Shown piece by piece: positions 34,601 to 49,600 of a stretch of DNA of 64,000 nucleotides. This stretch comes from Strigamia acuminata (Eukaryota), in NCBI GenBank assembly GCA_949358305.1, contig OX442314.1:30504001-30568000 (forward strand). Reading direction: 5' to 3'. The notes under the pieces were generated by a model. That model was not told the origin of the DNA, searched no databases, and saw nothing but the letters and a program-made list of their open reading frames with translations. How positions within the stretch are numbered: position 1 is the stretch's first letter; every line of letters starts with the position of its first letter. The position numbers were made by a program, and so were the translations under genes.

Positions 34601-37600
34601 CTTTCGGGCGATGCATCTATCTCTTAGAACGCGAGTAAAGGCATAATTGTGCTCAAACAAGTGAGCCACAATTCGTTGAAATGATGGATTGCGATGAGAT
34701 TGCGAACAACAATTTGCAGCATTGTAAACTAGCCCTAACTTGTGGGGCAGCCATCTTTATTTCGACTGTAAAAATCAAAAGCAGGCACATACCACTTGTG
34801 CGTATGTAGTGTGGCCGTTTGTTGCCCTATCTTCACGTTAATCCTGCTAAAAAAGCTATAATTGATGAATACATCGATCAAAAGTCGAAAGCCGGCGTAA
34901 AAAGTATCTGTCGATATATTGCGGGCTTCGCCGACACCGACGTCCGCAATATCCGACATCGGTCCAACTTCCGGATTAATTAAAGGCGCAATATTCAAGC
35001 CGAAGTAAATTTTTTGTTTTGTTTTTCCTGCAGAAACGAATGAAAATCAAAAATTGATTTTTAGGCCGGTCGTTTCGCGAGCTCACAATATTGATTTCAA
35101 AGTTGCCAGCGAGAAACTGTTGCTCGGCGGTAGTAAGAGCAGGTGAATTTTGTGGCAATTTAGCAAAAAAAGCCGACTTGCGATAGCCAAAAATGGCCGG
35201 CACGAACCGATTTCTTGAGTCGGAGCCCTCCTGCACATGCGCAGCACCCGACGGGGTGACGGTATTAAAGAATGCGCGAAAATGTTGAACGTTTTCGACC
35301 GTTGCTGGTCGTTCCTCGGTGGGTAATGGATTAGGCCTGTTAATATATGCATCTGAATTGATACGTCTCGGCAAGGTGTCTGCTTTTGAGGCCAATCACA
35401 CGCCCTTTACGAGTCAATTCACGAAACTCCATTCCTACGCACAGGCGTGTCGTTGTGTGGGGTGCGTGGGGCAGGGCCTAAGATTTCTAGGGGGCCCTTA
35501 TTAGGGGCCCTCGTTGCAGTTGATGAGTGTAAGAAATGATAAAGGAATTGAATGGAATGGTTTGGTTTAGTTTTGGTAATATAAAGTGATGGAGGTTTTT
35601 CGGGTGTTAGATCGGGGCCCCGAGGTCGGGGGCCCGCAGTTTAAAGTTTGTTAGAAAATTTGGAAAGTGTTTTTTTTTTTTTTTTTTTTTTTTTTGTTGT
35701 TTTTGGATTTTGCTAATTAGTTTTTTTCGAGGGTCTATAATACTCCAAGTGGTTATTAGTGGGGCCCCTGTTAGGTGCTGGAGGTCGGGGCCCTGTCCGA
35801 ATGCGGCTTGTTTTTTTTTTGCATTTTTTAGTGTTGCTCAGGAATTGATTTTAGTTGGAAAATTTAGTTTTTGTACACTAAAATATTTTTTTAAAAATGA
35901 ATTTTGGCAGTTTTGGGTTGTTTTTGTGTGTGAAAAGCTGATTTTGGGTCTTTATATGTGTGAAAAGCTGATTTTGGGTCATTTTTGTGTAAGAAAAGCT
36001 GATTTTTGGTAATTTTTCTACACAAAAAGCTGATTTTTGGTAATTTTTTTACACAAAAAGCTGATTTTGGGTCATTTTTCTGTACAAAAAGTTGATTTTG
36101 GGTCATTTTTCTGTAAAAAAACTGATTTTGGGTCATTTTTGTTTACAAAAAGCTGATTTTTGGTCAATTTTGTGTTAGAAAAGCTTATTTTTGGGGCATT
36201 TCGTGTAGGAAAAGCTGATTTTGGCTAATTTTAGGTCATTTTTGTACAGAAAAATCTGATTTTGGCTACTTTTGGGTCATTTTTGTACAGAAAAAGCTGA
36301 TTTTGGCTAATTTTGGGTCATTTTTGTTTAGGAAAAGCTAATTTTGGGTCTTTTGTGTAAAAAAAAAAGCTGATTTTGACTATTTTTGTTTAGGAAAAAC
36401 CGATTTTGGATTATTTTTGAGTAGGAAAAGCTCATTTTGACAATTTCTTTCTTTTTTTTTTCTTTTGCTTGTTAAATTTCTTATGTTGTTGCTGAATTTT
36501 GCTAACAAGAACGATTTAAGGCAAGGAGTAAGTATTGATTATAGGTTTTGGGCTTTTTATAGTGATGGTTTTTGTTGGGGTAAAAATCTTTTTCTTTTTT
36601 GGGAAGTAGATGCAAGTGCAAGTAGAATTCGAACTGGGAGTGTTTTAGCAGTTATTGTATCCTACTATCACCTTACACACACACGAATATGAAAATTTAG
36701 TTCACCCCTTTGTTGACAAACGAGGTGGAATTAAGGATCGCAGAATTGCATTGTGGACCACAATTTACGAAAAAGAATTTGACAAAATTCATTTGATGCG
36801 GTCTCCATTTTGTCTGGCTGTGGTTGGTTACGAGCGGTCAGTCGGTCACAATCGGTTTTAAAGAAAAATAATTTTTCGCGAAAAACAATAGGTGCGTTTT
36901 AATTGGTTTAGACAAATCTGCTTAACCTCGTTTTCACTCGAGGATATTATTACGCTTTTAATGCCGTATTTTTACTTAAGTTGGTCCCATTTATTTTGCT
37001 TAACTTTAAGCGAGGGGTTGTGTGTCACTTATTTTCCTTAACTTATCTTTAGCAGAAATGACGCGAATTGCGCATGCTCGCTCGAACAATTATTCAGATC
37101 TCAGCTGCGCACAAGCATGCGTGTTAGTAATAACAATATTTCATTGAGAAGCGTTCAATAATAAGTCACTTATTTCGCTTATTTTTATTCATTTAAGCAA
37201 AATTTAAACAATTTGAATGCGTAGATTAAAATTTACGTTGCAACGATGAATTTTAGATTGCAACAATGAATTTTAGGTTGAAACAATGAATTTTAGGTTT
37301 AAACAAATGAATTTTAGGTTGAAACAAATGAATTTTAGGTTGAAACAATGAATTTTAGGTTTAAACAAATGAATTTTAGGTTGAAACAAATGAATTTTAG
37401 GTTGAAACAATGAATTTTAGGTTGCAACAATGAATTCTGGGTGCAGAAAACAATGAATTCTGGGTGCAGGAAAGAATGAATTTCTGGGGTTGGAAAACAA
37501 TGAATTTCTGGGTGAAAGAAACAATGAAATTTGGACATGAAACAAAGAATTCAGACCCCCACCAATAAAAGTAAAAGAAAAGTGGAGAATACAACAATGC

Positions 37601-40600
37601 TAACACACTGTTGGTAATAAAAAGAGGCAATCCTTGGGAAGAAGCAAAAACAGGAAATTTTATCACGTTATTACCGTAAACATATTTGCTGTCTAGTTAT
37701 CCACATTTAAAAGAATAAACATTGTGAAATTGGTGTTTATTCTCGGGTGGAATGGGAAAAGCAGTAGCGAGTGAATGAAGCAAGCGGCAGTTGGCGCAGC
37801 GGTGGAGAGAGGGCGCCACGCGCTGGTCCAGGCGCGAGTCGTGGATGAGTGTGCACGTGTTTCCTCGCAACAAGGGTTGGAGCGAGGGCATGAGTCGTGT
37901 CTGGAAGCGCGAGGTAGCGTTTTATGTAGGCTGAAATCCCAAAATAGGAAAGACGAAGGCATTTTATCAGGAATAGGGGAAAGGAGAAGCGAGATAACAA
38001 ATGTATATTTGCTGAATGCGAGAAGGGGAAAAATTGACAAGTTTAAAAAAGGAAGAAAAAAAATTGAAGTTGAATTTGAATTGATTAATTTAAAAGGAGA
38101 GAAAGAGAGAGAGAGAGAGAAAAAATGGTGCCATTTTGGAAGACTGAAATGATACTTGATTTGCAGTTATTTGTTTTACAAGGGATGAAAGTGGGATAAA
38201 TATGTGGATATAAATGGGGCATTAAAGAGTGGTTTATAGGCTTGGTGCAGTTGTGAACAAAGGCTTGAAACAATGTTAAATTTTTTTTTTATTATTATTA
38301 TTTTTTTTTTAATTTTATTTTTTTTATTGTTGAAATTTTAAGTGGAAGTCATTTGTGATGAATAAGTCAATTCGTCTTTTCAGGTTTGAATGCACCTAAT
38401 GTAAATGACATTGATGAGGTGGTCTGTCTACTTAAAATGAGTAAAATTGGTCCAGTTTGATCATTTTTGTGACATTTGAGGATGACCTGGCCACCAGGTC
38501 ACATGACCTTTAATTTTTAACAGTGGCCAGATTTGGTGTTAGTAAAGTGCTGGAGAAAAGCATTAATTTGCAGCAATAATGTCATTAGGGATGGACTGGA
38601 TACCAAAATCATCGAAGAACGAATAGCGGAGTTTACCGGAGTTGAATATTTCTTGCATTTCTAAGTCGTACTTTTAATTTGTTTTGATGATAGTGGAAAA
38701 TTGGAAACTGTATTGATATCTTTGACTTTTTGTGACTGAAATTTATTCTAATTGTTTTTCTGTTTTCTCTTTGCAGGGTTTTGTAAATTCAGGCTATGGA
38801 GTTAACGGCATTGCACATGTAAGTACAAATATAGTCAAATTCTGCTGTGGCGAAAGCGCTTAAAGCGAAAACACCAATCATAGAGCTGGATAATTGAAGA
38901 TGGAAGTGTGTAGTGGCAAGAGAAAATGCTTTGGTTATGGTTAAGGTTAGGTTAGGTTAGGTTAGGTTGGGTTAGGTTAGAGTGCAGACGTCGCTGTTTG
39001 AAAAACAGCGGAATTTGTTCATCTTTGTTGGTCAATGGGGGTTTTCGAATCGGAAAAATTAGCCGAGTCTTTTCAGTGAAATTATTTGCTCAACTCCCAT
39101 TGGATGAAGTTGTCGCTCGGCAGATAACTACAAACTAGTTTTGTGTTGTGGTGGTTGCTAGGTGATGTGTGTTGTACCTTTTTTTGCTCTGCATTTTGTT
39201 TATTAGTTTCTATTTTTTTTGGTTTTTATTTTTTTTTAACAATTATTAAATGTAACAATAACAAACAATGACGTCGGTTTTCTTGAAAACTGAAAGTGTT
39301 TCACCTGAACAAACATAATGTCAACAATGATTTTATTGTTTGGAATATTGGTTTGAAAGTACCAATCAGAGCAGGAAATCTTACAGTGGTAATATCACTT
39401 GTTAGTTCTCGGCCAATGACAAGCACAGAAAAATTATTCTGATAATTTCTTGGAGACTTAGCTTGCTGTCATTGAGCAACAAGCATTACTGTTTTATGCG
39501 TTTGCAAGTGTTAATTGTTCTTAAGCTCAGCACAGATGTACAAGGTGGAAAAATTGTTAATCCTAATTAAAAAAAAAAAAACATTTTAATCTTGTTTTAT
39601 TATTTTTTTTTATTAGAAATTAATAAAGATACATATTAAACAAAGTTTAATCAAATTAGAATAGTACCACAGCTGGCATAAAATAGTTGCATTCAAAAAT
39701 TAAAATATTTTGTATTTTTCTTCAATTTTAAAACAAAAATGATGTCCCTATGAAGTTACCTGTAACCCCAATGATGTGACTATACATGTTGCCAGGTTTA
39801 TAAAATAGTTAAAATTCTCTCACTCAAAATTTAAACTTAAAATACACTTAAACTAAAATTGTTAAAACACAAGTATTTTTATTTTTGAACGAAGCTATAG
39901 TGCTAGACCTGCAAACTAACTTCAGCGCTGCTGCGAAATTTTAAGTTTGTTTCACCGAAAGTTCGCAACTCGAATGTTCTTGTCATTCGAGCTAACTGGC
40001 CGAAAGTGTTTCAGCAGTTGCAAAAATAGCTACAATTATTAATGATTCTTTTTACACTTGTGGGATTACCGTATATCTTCTAATTGAACACCCATGCACA
40101 ATTTGCAAAAAAAAAGAATTTTTCCTCATGCTAATGGGGACCTGTCGGCAATTCGAAGATATACAGTACTTGAGAAACGGGAAAAAGCCGGGATACTTTT
40201 TTTCCAAGTTAAAATTAATGTAATTTATATAATTATCAAGTATCTGACTACACACTCACTTGATACGACTTGTTGGGATGACTTGGCAATATGAGTTACT
40301 TAGAAGTTGTCTGGACCTTTGCCTTGCTAATGCAAAAAGCAATGAACAAGAAGTAAGATGCAATTTTTTGCAACCAATGAAGAACATCTTGTTTCCAAAT
40401 TCGATCTTAGTCCAGAACTGTTTCCGTTAAAAGCAATTATACATCCATACCAAAAAAACCTTGCAATTTAATGGTCCTAAGCACTAATTTTAGAAGTGCA
40501 TGACTGTTTGACGAGAAAACATGTAGAACAAGGGGAAAAAAACTCAATGAATTGTCGAAGCAGGAAATGACACCGAAAAGCCGCCGGTTTGATCCACTTT

Positions 40601-43600
40601 GCAATTTTTCCTCCAGTTTGTGGCAAAAGGTAACAGCGATTAGTGGCTGCAAATGCAATTGCAGTAGTTTTAATGACATTTAATTTTTATAGGTTTGTTT
40701 TATTACACTTAAAATGAATAATGGGCCCGAGAATAACGGGTAGAAGTAAAGTAAAGGGTGCAGCCATCTTCTTGGCAGTTGTCGAAAGGTGGAGGGCTGT
40801 TTTGACGTAGAACTACGTCTAGGAGGATACCACCACCAAAACACTATTCATGTGACAGAAGTAATAGCCAGAATAAACAATACCGCGATAGAAATCAATT
40901 CCAGGAATAAACAGTGCCACAATAGAAAGCAATTCCCATCAAGAGATGGCACTAAAAACACAAGAAACAATCCTCTTTCCATGTAGTTCTACGTTGCTGC
41001 AGTGTTACTACTAGGTGCAATCGAAAAGTCATCAAAGTGTGAATGTGTTTACACTTGTTTACACTTGTTGTTTAACCTGGTTAAACGGAAACGACCTGCA
41101 CGGCACGTTTAAATCTCTGTTCAACGAGTTTTCTCGTTCAAATCGGGTCTTGCTGGCAGCCATCTTGGATATTTGTTAGATCGGTCTCAACGAAGCTCTC
41201 GATCCTAAGAACAATTTTGTAGCAGTTATTGTTTTTTTTTTTGGAGTAAACAACAACTACAATGATCATCACTATGGTTATTATTTGGGCTAATTTGTTT
41301 ACACTTGAATTTACACTGAAATTTACACAGAAATTTATTTTTAAACTTGAAAATTGAGTCGTTTAACTTGACATTTACACTACCAGTTGCACCGATCGTT
41401 TAGTGCAAATGACTTTTCGAATGCACTTAATGGTTTCCCCTTTGAACCTTTTAGGTGTTCATTCTGTTTATAGAAACTGCGTAAACGGTAAAAAACAGAA
41501 ACTTTAAATGTTTTGTGCGTTTAGGGGTTTTATTTCTACGTGCCCTCATATTTGCGGTTGGTCCGGGTTCCACATCGCCATTCAAAGGCTCCGTATGTGT
41601 AGAAAAAGCAACTTTCGGGACGGTTAAATTCTGCGGGGTTACACGGATTTGTAAAGGCCGAATTTGTACCCGGACAGGAATCCATTGAATGTAGCCTTTA
41701 AACAAGTTGTTGAAAGGTGGTTGAAATGTGTTTGACCACGCGGAGTTGGTTTTCAGATCCTCGCCACAAATCCGGGCCTGACCTCTAAAACCTGTTGATA
41801 GATTTCTGATTAAAATGACCAAACGCTCGTTCAATCAAAGGATGTTTTGGGTCGTGTCACTCGCACACCCTCTCGTGAAGAATCGATAATCTAATGAATG
41901 GTCAGATTGGTTTTAATGACCACTGTTTGTTTTGTTTTTAAAAAGTGAATTAGTTTACACCTTGCTTGTCAGTCGGGAGGTTTGTGGTTCAATGCCTTGT
42001 CCGGTGAATGGATGGGTGTCGATACTCACGGGCTTTATGCAGGGGTGATTTGGTATCGGAAGACAGATTACGGAAGTTAATATGGATCAAGTGTAAACTG
42101 GTGGAAAGCTGCCATATCTGGAGTGAGAGTGCAGAAGCAGATCATGTTCCTTCGATCTTTATCTCTGGTTACTGGCAAATCAATTTGTCACTGTGTTTTT
42201 CTTCGAATTAATCTGTGCGAAGGACAGCGGAAAAACTCGTTGTCTCTTTCGGTTTGAGGAGTCGTACAAGTTTGTCATAGAAATTGTCGCTTAAGCCTAT
42301 TTGTATAGTGGAAAACTTATAACTCTACCGGAGCTTACACTATAACTGAAAATAGCGTCGCCAATCGGGTAGTTTTCAACTATTTACGTCACAGACTAAA
42401 AATCTGGATTAGCATTGACCTCTTTGCCGCCATTTTGAATTCTCAGCTTCATTCACGTGCGGAACACATGTTACGGTTTATCTAATTGTTTGTGCTTTTA
42501 ATTCTTTTAAATTCACAATAATAAAGTTGCAGCGTTGCATTGCAAAAGTTAAAAACAGGAATTCTTTCTTTTTATGCGAATGAGACATTACTAGTTTCGG
42601 TAATCACGTGACGTGTATAAGGTTAACTCTAATTTTATAACTATAACTTAAAACTTCAACCGCAACCCACTTTTACCTTGCACTAAATATAGTGTAAAAA
42701 TGTCATAATTGTAAGGAAAAAGTACCTGGCGCAAACTGTACTGTCGCGATACTACATGTAGTGTTCTGAATTTCTGAATTTCTTCGGTTTGTTTATCTTA
42801 CGTCCAATTTTAAAGTGGCTTTATACTTATGCCCGTAAGAATGCGCGTAGTGTTTTCGTTTGTGGGCATTAGAGTGTCTGGAGAAGTTGACCGTTTTTGG
42901 GGATAAAACCCGGCAAATGTGTGTAAGGATAACAAGGTGATGATCCCGAAGTACAGTGGACTTGACTTATCACTCTGGTGGCCGCAAATGAAAGCACTTA
43001 TTTCAAACTTAAGCAGGATTCCTATGACTGCAATTGTATATTGAGAACATATTTGTTGCATACTTGCAGGCTTGTGAACCTGTCTTCAGTCTAGTGGCAA
43101 AACACACACAACACAGAGGTTATCAATTAGTAATTAGAAGTTTATCTGTCACACAGTACTCTCAAGTGTTGGTTAACAATTCTGTTGAGTTGGTACTTGG
43201 ATAAGTGATTCATTCCATTGGTTCTGGGAATGTTATTTTTTAATGTTTTTTTTTTGTCACTTAGCATGAACCCTGAGGCGAGTGCTGGTGAGCCGTGAGG
43301 GGTTTTGGGCCATGCAATTAAATAATAAGAATTTATTTTCCATTTCAATATGTGAAAAATGCATAGTGTCAAGTGGGCTAAAGTTTTGCATCAATTGATG
43401 TTTGATTTAGGGTATGCACCGAATAGTAAAATCACTTAATACCAAATGCTGGGTGTTTACCGCATATTAAAGTCACTGAATATCGAATTAAATAGAAAAA
43501 GTGTTAATTGAATTAATATTTGAAATTAATCAATTGCAAATTGTAATGCGGATTTTAATTTGATGATAATTTTGATTGATCTTCAGGTGTAACACTGGAT

Positions 43601-46600
43601 TAGCCATCAAACATAATGTGCAAAAATACAATTGAAAGCGAGGTTGGAATACTGCAAACAAAATACCAAAATGAAAGTGCTAAGAAATAGCTCGAATGTA
43701 AATCGGAGATCTGCATTGGGTACCCGTACCCGTAACGGGTACGGTTTTTACGCCAATGCACATCTCTGGCACACGTGATCGCGTTCAGGAACGGGTACGG
43801 GTAGGGTAGGGTAGAGAATTTGGTTGGAGACGGGTAACGGACGGGTAACGGGTAAGGATTTTACGCCAATGCAGATCTCTGATGTAAATGTCTAAATCAG
43901 GCCCACTTCGTCCATTAGGCCTATGAACTACAGGTCCATAACGTATAGGATTAATAATACTGCTGTACTTTGAACCGAAACAACGTTGACCTAATTCCAG
44001 TCGTATTACGCCTAACTGTGGACTGTGCTCTACTGTGCGGAAAAGTAGTTGTGTGTCAAAGCATCACCTTTGACAATGAAACAAGTGTTGGTAATCGATC
44101 ACAATGTCTGGAGTTCGATTACAATTCTGGTGTTTTGGGCTGCTTTTTTGTGCCACTACACCAGTGATACGGCTGGAAATAGGACAACGTTGTGTCGACT
44201 CGGAGTATACACCTGTATTTCATAGTTTGAAAAGCACTAGCGTATGCGTTCCTTTAAGAGATCCATAGGCGACATGTCATGAAAACCTTTAAAAATGTAT
44301 GCACAACGTTGATTTAACTTAGGAGCTTCATAATTAAATAGGTGAAATGACTATTTGATATTGGGCTGAATAAAACTCACTTGGCCGAATATATGGCAAC
44401 CAGACACGGGCTTTTACTATTCAGCTGAATACTAAATTGTGTCTGTATTTGTTTGGTCCAATACAGAATATCTGCAGACTGTTAGGTGAACCTCTACTGT
44501 GTGGTTAATCCACACATTCGCAGTTGCGCAGTTTGAATTTAGTATCAAAATACGGGGTGCGAACTGGAGGGCCGGCCATGTAAGATTAGATTTAGAATTA
44601 TTTTTAACCGATGGGAAGTGTTTGTTTGAAAACATACATTGAGCAGTAATCTTGTTTTTAAAAAAAATATTGTTTCTTTCCAAAATGCTTGCCAATAAAT
44701 ACCATTACAAGTTCTCAAAGTATGGTTATGCAATCTTCACACCTTCCACAGCAAAACCTTATTTTTGTTTTTTAGAAAAACTGTCAAGTGACAGACATGT
44801 CCATTCACCAACCATTAGTTAGCTATTGCCTGCCTGAAGGCTTTGTGAACTTTGACAAAACAATTTCATGAGCTGTCCTCTGATATTTAAACTCCTATCA
44901 CATGAAATTCTCTAAGCAAGATGGGTCTGCTGGCTATCAGATTTACATTTTTCTTAGTTTGCCAATTGTTACTTGCTTTTTGTGTGGAAGCAAAACTTCT
45001 GATTTCATTGATCTTGCCTCATGCATTTTGATTATCTGGAACAACAAAATGGTTGTCGAACCATTTCAGCCCTTAAACGAATCAACGATTTACACGATTA
45101 AGTTTTAAATCCCTAACAATAGGTAATCGATTACAATGTGTGTACATCGAGTGCAATTCTGGTGTTTTGGTCTATTTTTTTGTATCGCTACACAAGTGAA
45201 ATGGCTCGGCCAATGGGAGAAAGGCCAACTTTGTAGTGAGCCAGAGTATACCCGTTAACATCTGCACATGTATGCGAAATGAAATTATCAGCGCTGTTGG
45301 TAGTTTACAAGGGAAAGGATGGATTAACCAAGGAATAAGATAAAACATGCGGCAATATAGCATAGTATGCGCTTATGCCATGTCTTTCACTACCACTTTG
45401 TTCTGTATAACTATAGTGAACTCCCTCTAGACCGGGCATAGGCAGGTCTGGCAAAAAGTACTCTGTTTAGAGGGAGTTCGCTTTACCACTGAAGATGGCC
45501 AAGTGGGAACCAAAAGCGCTGAGGATAAGAGTTCTTGGGAATGCTATACATGACTGTTTTCACAGTATAATGTATTTTAAATGAAAATATAAAAATGGTT
45601 AGCCGATAATCTCCTTAAACGGTACTCACCTGTGATTGGGGTCCGGGTAGTCGAGCGAAATAATCACAATAAGGGATTTCACTCAGATGGATTAGATCCT
45701 GATTTTTCTAAGTTTTTTTTTCTATCTCAAACTGTCGTTTCATTGGTCTGGGCAAACGTTTGATCTTAGATTTGTATGCACTAAAACCCCATTACAGCGA
45801 AATATGTACACTTAATTTTTGTATATATATTAATACAGTAATATACCTACACATTTGAATTATATTAACATCGATTAAAATAACAGATTATTTTTGAGAC
45901 CCTATAGAACAGCTGTAGCTTATTTAGCTTTGTATGTACCTAAGTCAAGCACTATATGCATAGTAGCTGCATTCAAAAAGTCGTGTTTTAAGTGTTTTAG
46001 CTACCGGTAATTGTGTTTTTGTTTTGTGGTGTTAAAAATACAAAAACAAAAACACGATATCGTATTTGACGAGAAATTGGCAATTGCACAAAACATCATA
46101 ATCTATAATCGTGTAAATGGAATTTTGTTTTTAAGATTGGCACATCTTTTGCGCAAAACTTAAATTTGGATTTTCACTTTTCTGTAAAACAGTAGCTGGA
46201 TTCACAAATAAAAATAACAATTTTAGTTTAAGCGTATTTTAAGTTTTAACATGGGTTTAAACAGGAAATGATGTCATTTTAGGTTTAAAATTGAAGTAAA
46301 ACACAAAATATTTTAGTTTTTGAATGCAGCTACTGATCATATGAACCCCCTAACTGAGACAAAATGGAGACCCATCAATTCCCAGAAGACGGACTTCTTT
46401 TGGTAGTCATTTAATTTCTCAGTTGTGCGCATGCTCAGGTCCGACTAACCTTTTGTTCTAATTGTTTTCCATTGAGTTAAATCCAGCTATTGGCCTTGCG
46501 CATGCCCAGTACACATAAAAATGATAGTTAATCATTTAGATAAACTTTGAGGTTGATCTCAAAATGATTGTTTCCTTGAATGGTTACTATAGTAGCAAAT

Positions 46601-49600
46601 TTGCAATACATAGTGAAGACATGTACACACATACAACATCATAAAAAAATTGATTTACACAAACCTATTTTCTGCTAACTGAATCAACAATGAAACTAAT
46701 TTCATTAATACGTTTTTGAATGCATTTTTCTTCTCTCTCTCTCTCTCTTCAAATCTTTTATTTTTAAACTTGACATTCAAAGATTAATTTTCCTTGTGAA
46801 GATCTGAAACATGGTTTGACACAGTGCTAATAACCTCGCTGTAGGGAGCCATTTTGAAAGGGAAAAAAAATACCTCAACTGTCCCTGACCTTGGTTTGGA
46901 TGGGTTTAGGCCAAATTGAAGGTTGGTTTTCTTTTTGAAAAAGTAAAAAAAAAAAAGTGAAATAATTATCAATGTTAAAAAAGTAATGAGAAATAAAGGC
47001 AAGTTGATGTGGCTTTTAAATGGTTAGAACAGTGTGTACATGAATTTAAAACATTTTAATCCCAATAAACAGCTCAATTAGGTGATTAAGGAATAAATTT
47101 TGATGAAACTCACTGCAATATCTTTAATTGTTTTTATCCTCGAACAATCGCTAGCTGCAATCACCAGCGCGGTTCATCTTCTTTAAACCAGTCTAAATGC
47201 ATATTTTGAACAACGGCCGTTGTTTAAAGGTGTTAAAACGATAAAATGTTAAAGAGTGCGTAGAAACGTGTTTAAAATTGCAGGTTAAAATTTGTGCGCA
47301 TGCGCACTGCAACTGAAAGCCGATCGGCAGACGAAAAGCGGCCGCCATTCCTTCGGATAGATCGAAGAAACGTAAGGAATTAAGCAAAGTACGACACTGT
47401 GTTGTATTTGCACCACAAGGAATTGTGCAGGTTTGAGCAACTACCCGTCGACGTTTGCACACGTATGCGAGTAGAAATTACCAGCGCGAGGTGCAAAACA
47501 CGACTATCGAAGACTGGAAACGAAATGATGTTTTTCAGCAATCGATTAAAACATCGATGCTGAGCATCGGCGTAAAAATCAATCCAGGCCCCAACGCTGG
47601 CAGTAAAACGATTACATATTTATACATTTTGTCGATTTTGATGTCGATCGACCAATTTCCGGGATGGAAGGTAGAAGAAAAAAAATTGGTTAAGACAACG
47701 GCAAGCAGAGGGACAGGTTTAAATTAGAGAGAAAAGTTGTGTGTGTAGGTGTAGTGAGCTTATTAATGTAAATATTGTGTGGGGGGGAGTAAAATGAAGA
47801 GCGAGTAAGGCAGTTTTTCGACTTATCGCTCTTGGATAGAACAAGAGAGGAACTGCTGAAGGCTCGTACATGTGCTCTAAGCGAGCGTTGCCATGGCAAC
47901 ATGCCAGGGAACACATTACTCCACTGATCAATGAAAACTCCATCCAAATGGCTTGAGCAAGTTTGGAGTTTGGCTCGGCGGGAGGGAGGGAGAAAGCGAG
48001 CGGGAAGAGCGGCGGAGGGAGGCGAGACGGGTAGCGGAAGAGCCGGGACCTGTATGTGGGGAAGGGGGATGGAGAGAAAGAAAGAGAGAAGCAGTGAGCT
48101 AGCAAAGTTCAGCTTAAGGTTGATGGTCCCTTGTTTAGTTGAATCGAAATTTAAAGTTTAGAATTTGGGTTTTGGTTTTGCTGGTGTTGGCGGTGGATTG
48201 ATTGATTGGTTGGTTGGTTTTTGATTGGTTTTTTTTGTTTGGGCGATTATTTTTAATGGGGAATGGTTTGTTTTGGTGTCGATAGTTGAATATTTGTTGG
48301 GGAATTGAGGTTTGGTGGGTTTTTGGTGTTGGAGATGATGGGGTTTGGCCGGACTGACCGAAAGCTATTTGCAGTCAGTTTGGTCTGTGAAGAATGGGTG
48401 GGTCAGTGGTGGTTTGGTGGTGATTAATTTTTGAGGGTGGTGATTAGACAGGTGGCTGCTGTTTGCCAAATTAGTGATGGCTCCATTAAGTGTCTGCGTT
48501 AATCGGTGGAGAAAATGTTGGGATTGAATTTCCATTCTTGAGACTGGTGGGTTTTTCCCGGTGTGAATACAAGTGCATTTAAATTGTTGTTTTGAAACAA
48601 TACCAAGACAAATGCACCAAAATTGTTGTTCTGAAACAATACATCAATACAAGTGCATCAAAATTGTTGCTTAGAAACAATATCAATAGAAGTGCACCAA
48701 AATTGTTGCTTTGAAACAATATCAATAGAAGTGCACCAAAATTGTTGCTTTGAAACAATATCAATAGAAGTGCACCAAAATTGTTGCTCTGAAACAATAT
48801 CAACAATGTCAATACAGGTGAACTCAAATTGTTGGTTTGAAACAATACAAGTGCAGCCAAATTGTTGCTTTAAAACAATGGAAGCGCTTTCTTCTGTTTA
48901 GTAAAATACGGTAGACGTGAGGATAACCTGATTATCAGTCGAAGAAGTATCGAACGGCCTGGTTTGTAAGTTTTGTAGGAGAAATAATGAGTTTTTGGAG
49001 TCTGAGGAAGAGAGAACTCCTCACCTGGCTTGCAATTGTGTAGGTAGAGCGATGCAAATCGGGGGTTTGGAAGAAAGTAGCAGGCGAGACGTTTCCTGCA
49101 GATGCCATTTGCTCGCTGAAGACCTATGGATGGTGAGATGTGCATGTCGTGCATGTCGCGAGGTGCTGATTTTGTCCTTCTTTCCTTTCGTTCGCTGTGT
49201 ATAGATTGATATTGCCAACAATGCTGGAGAATTTAAAACTATTGCATGAAATGTTCAACTTTTGCCAACCACTGCCTTTCCCAGGTCAACCTTGGAGTTT
49301 TTTTTTTATATTTTTTATTTTTATTTCCGAGGTTGAAGCACTTTTACATCATTTTTTGACTTTATGTATGCCAAAATTCTTTATGCACTTGCAAAACAAG
49401 CAATGTTGAACAAAAGGACTGTTCTCAGGTGGCCATTTTTCTTTTATCTTCGCTTGAGTTGAATGTGTTAGAACTAACCCAAGATAGGGTGAACCCGAAT
49501 GTTACAAATGTGAAATTATATTGTAACCTTGGTTCCAGCAAACTTGGGACATTATTTTAATGAGTGCAACTGGGTTTTTTAACATGTAAAATTAGTGCTT

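Noticed and set aside
37693..38152. ORFs of 115-125 aa in Ssdp intron 4 as a nested gene
   Set aside because: No recognisable domain, the ends drift into low-complexity purine tracts, and there is no exon chain; more likely a regulatory island
38384..38400. Possible extra 17-nt Ssdp microexon (CAG|GTTTGAATGCACCTAAT|GTAAAT)
   Set aside because: Not a multiple of 3 and the donor is weak; unsupported without RNA data
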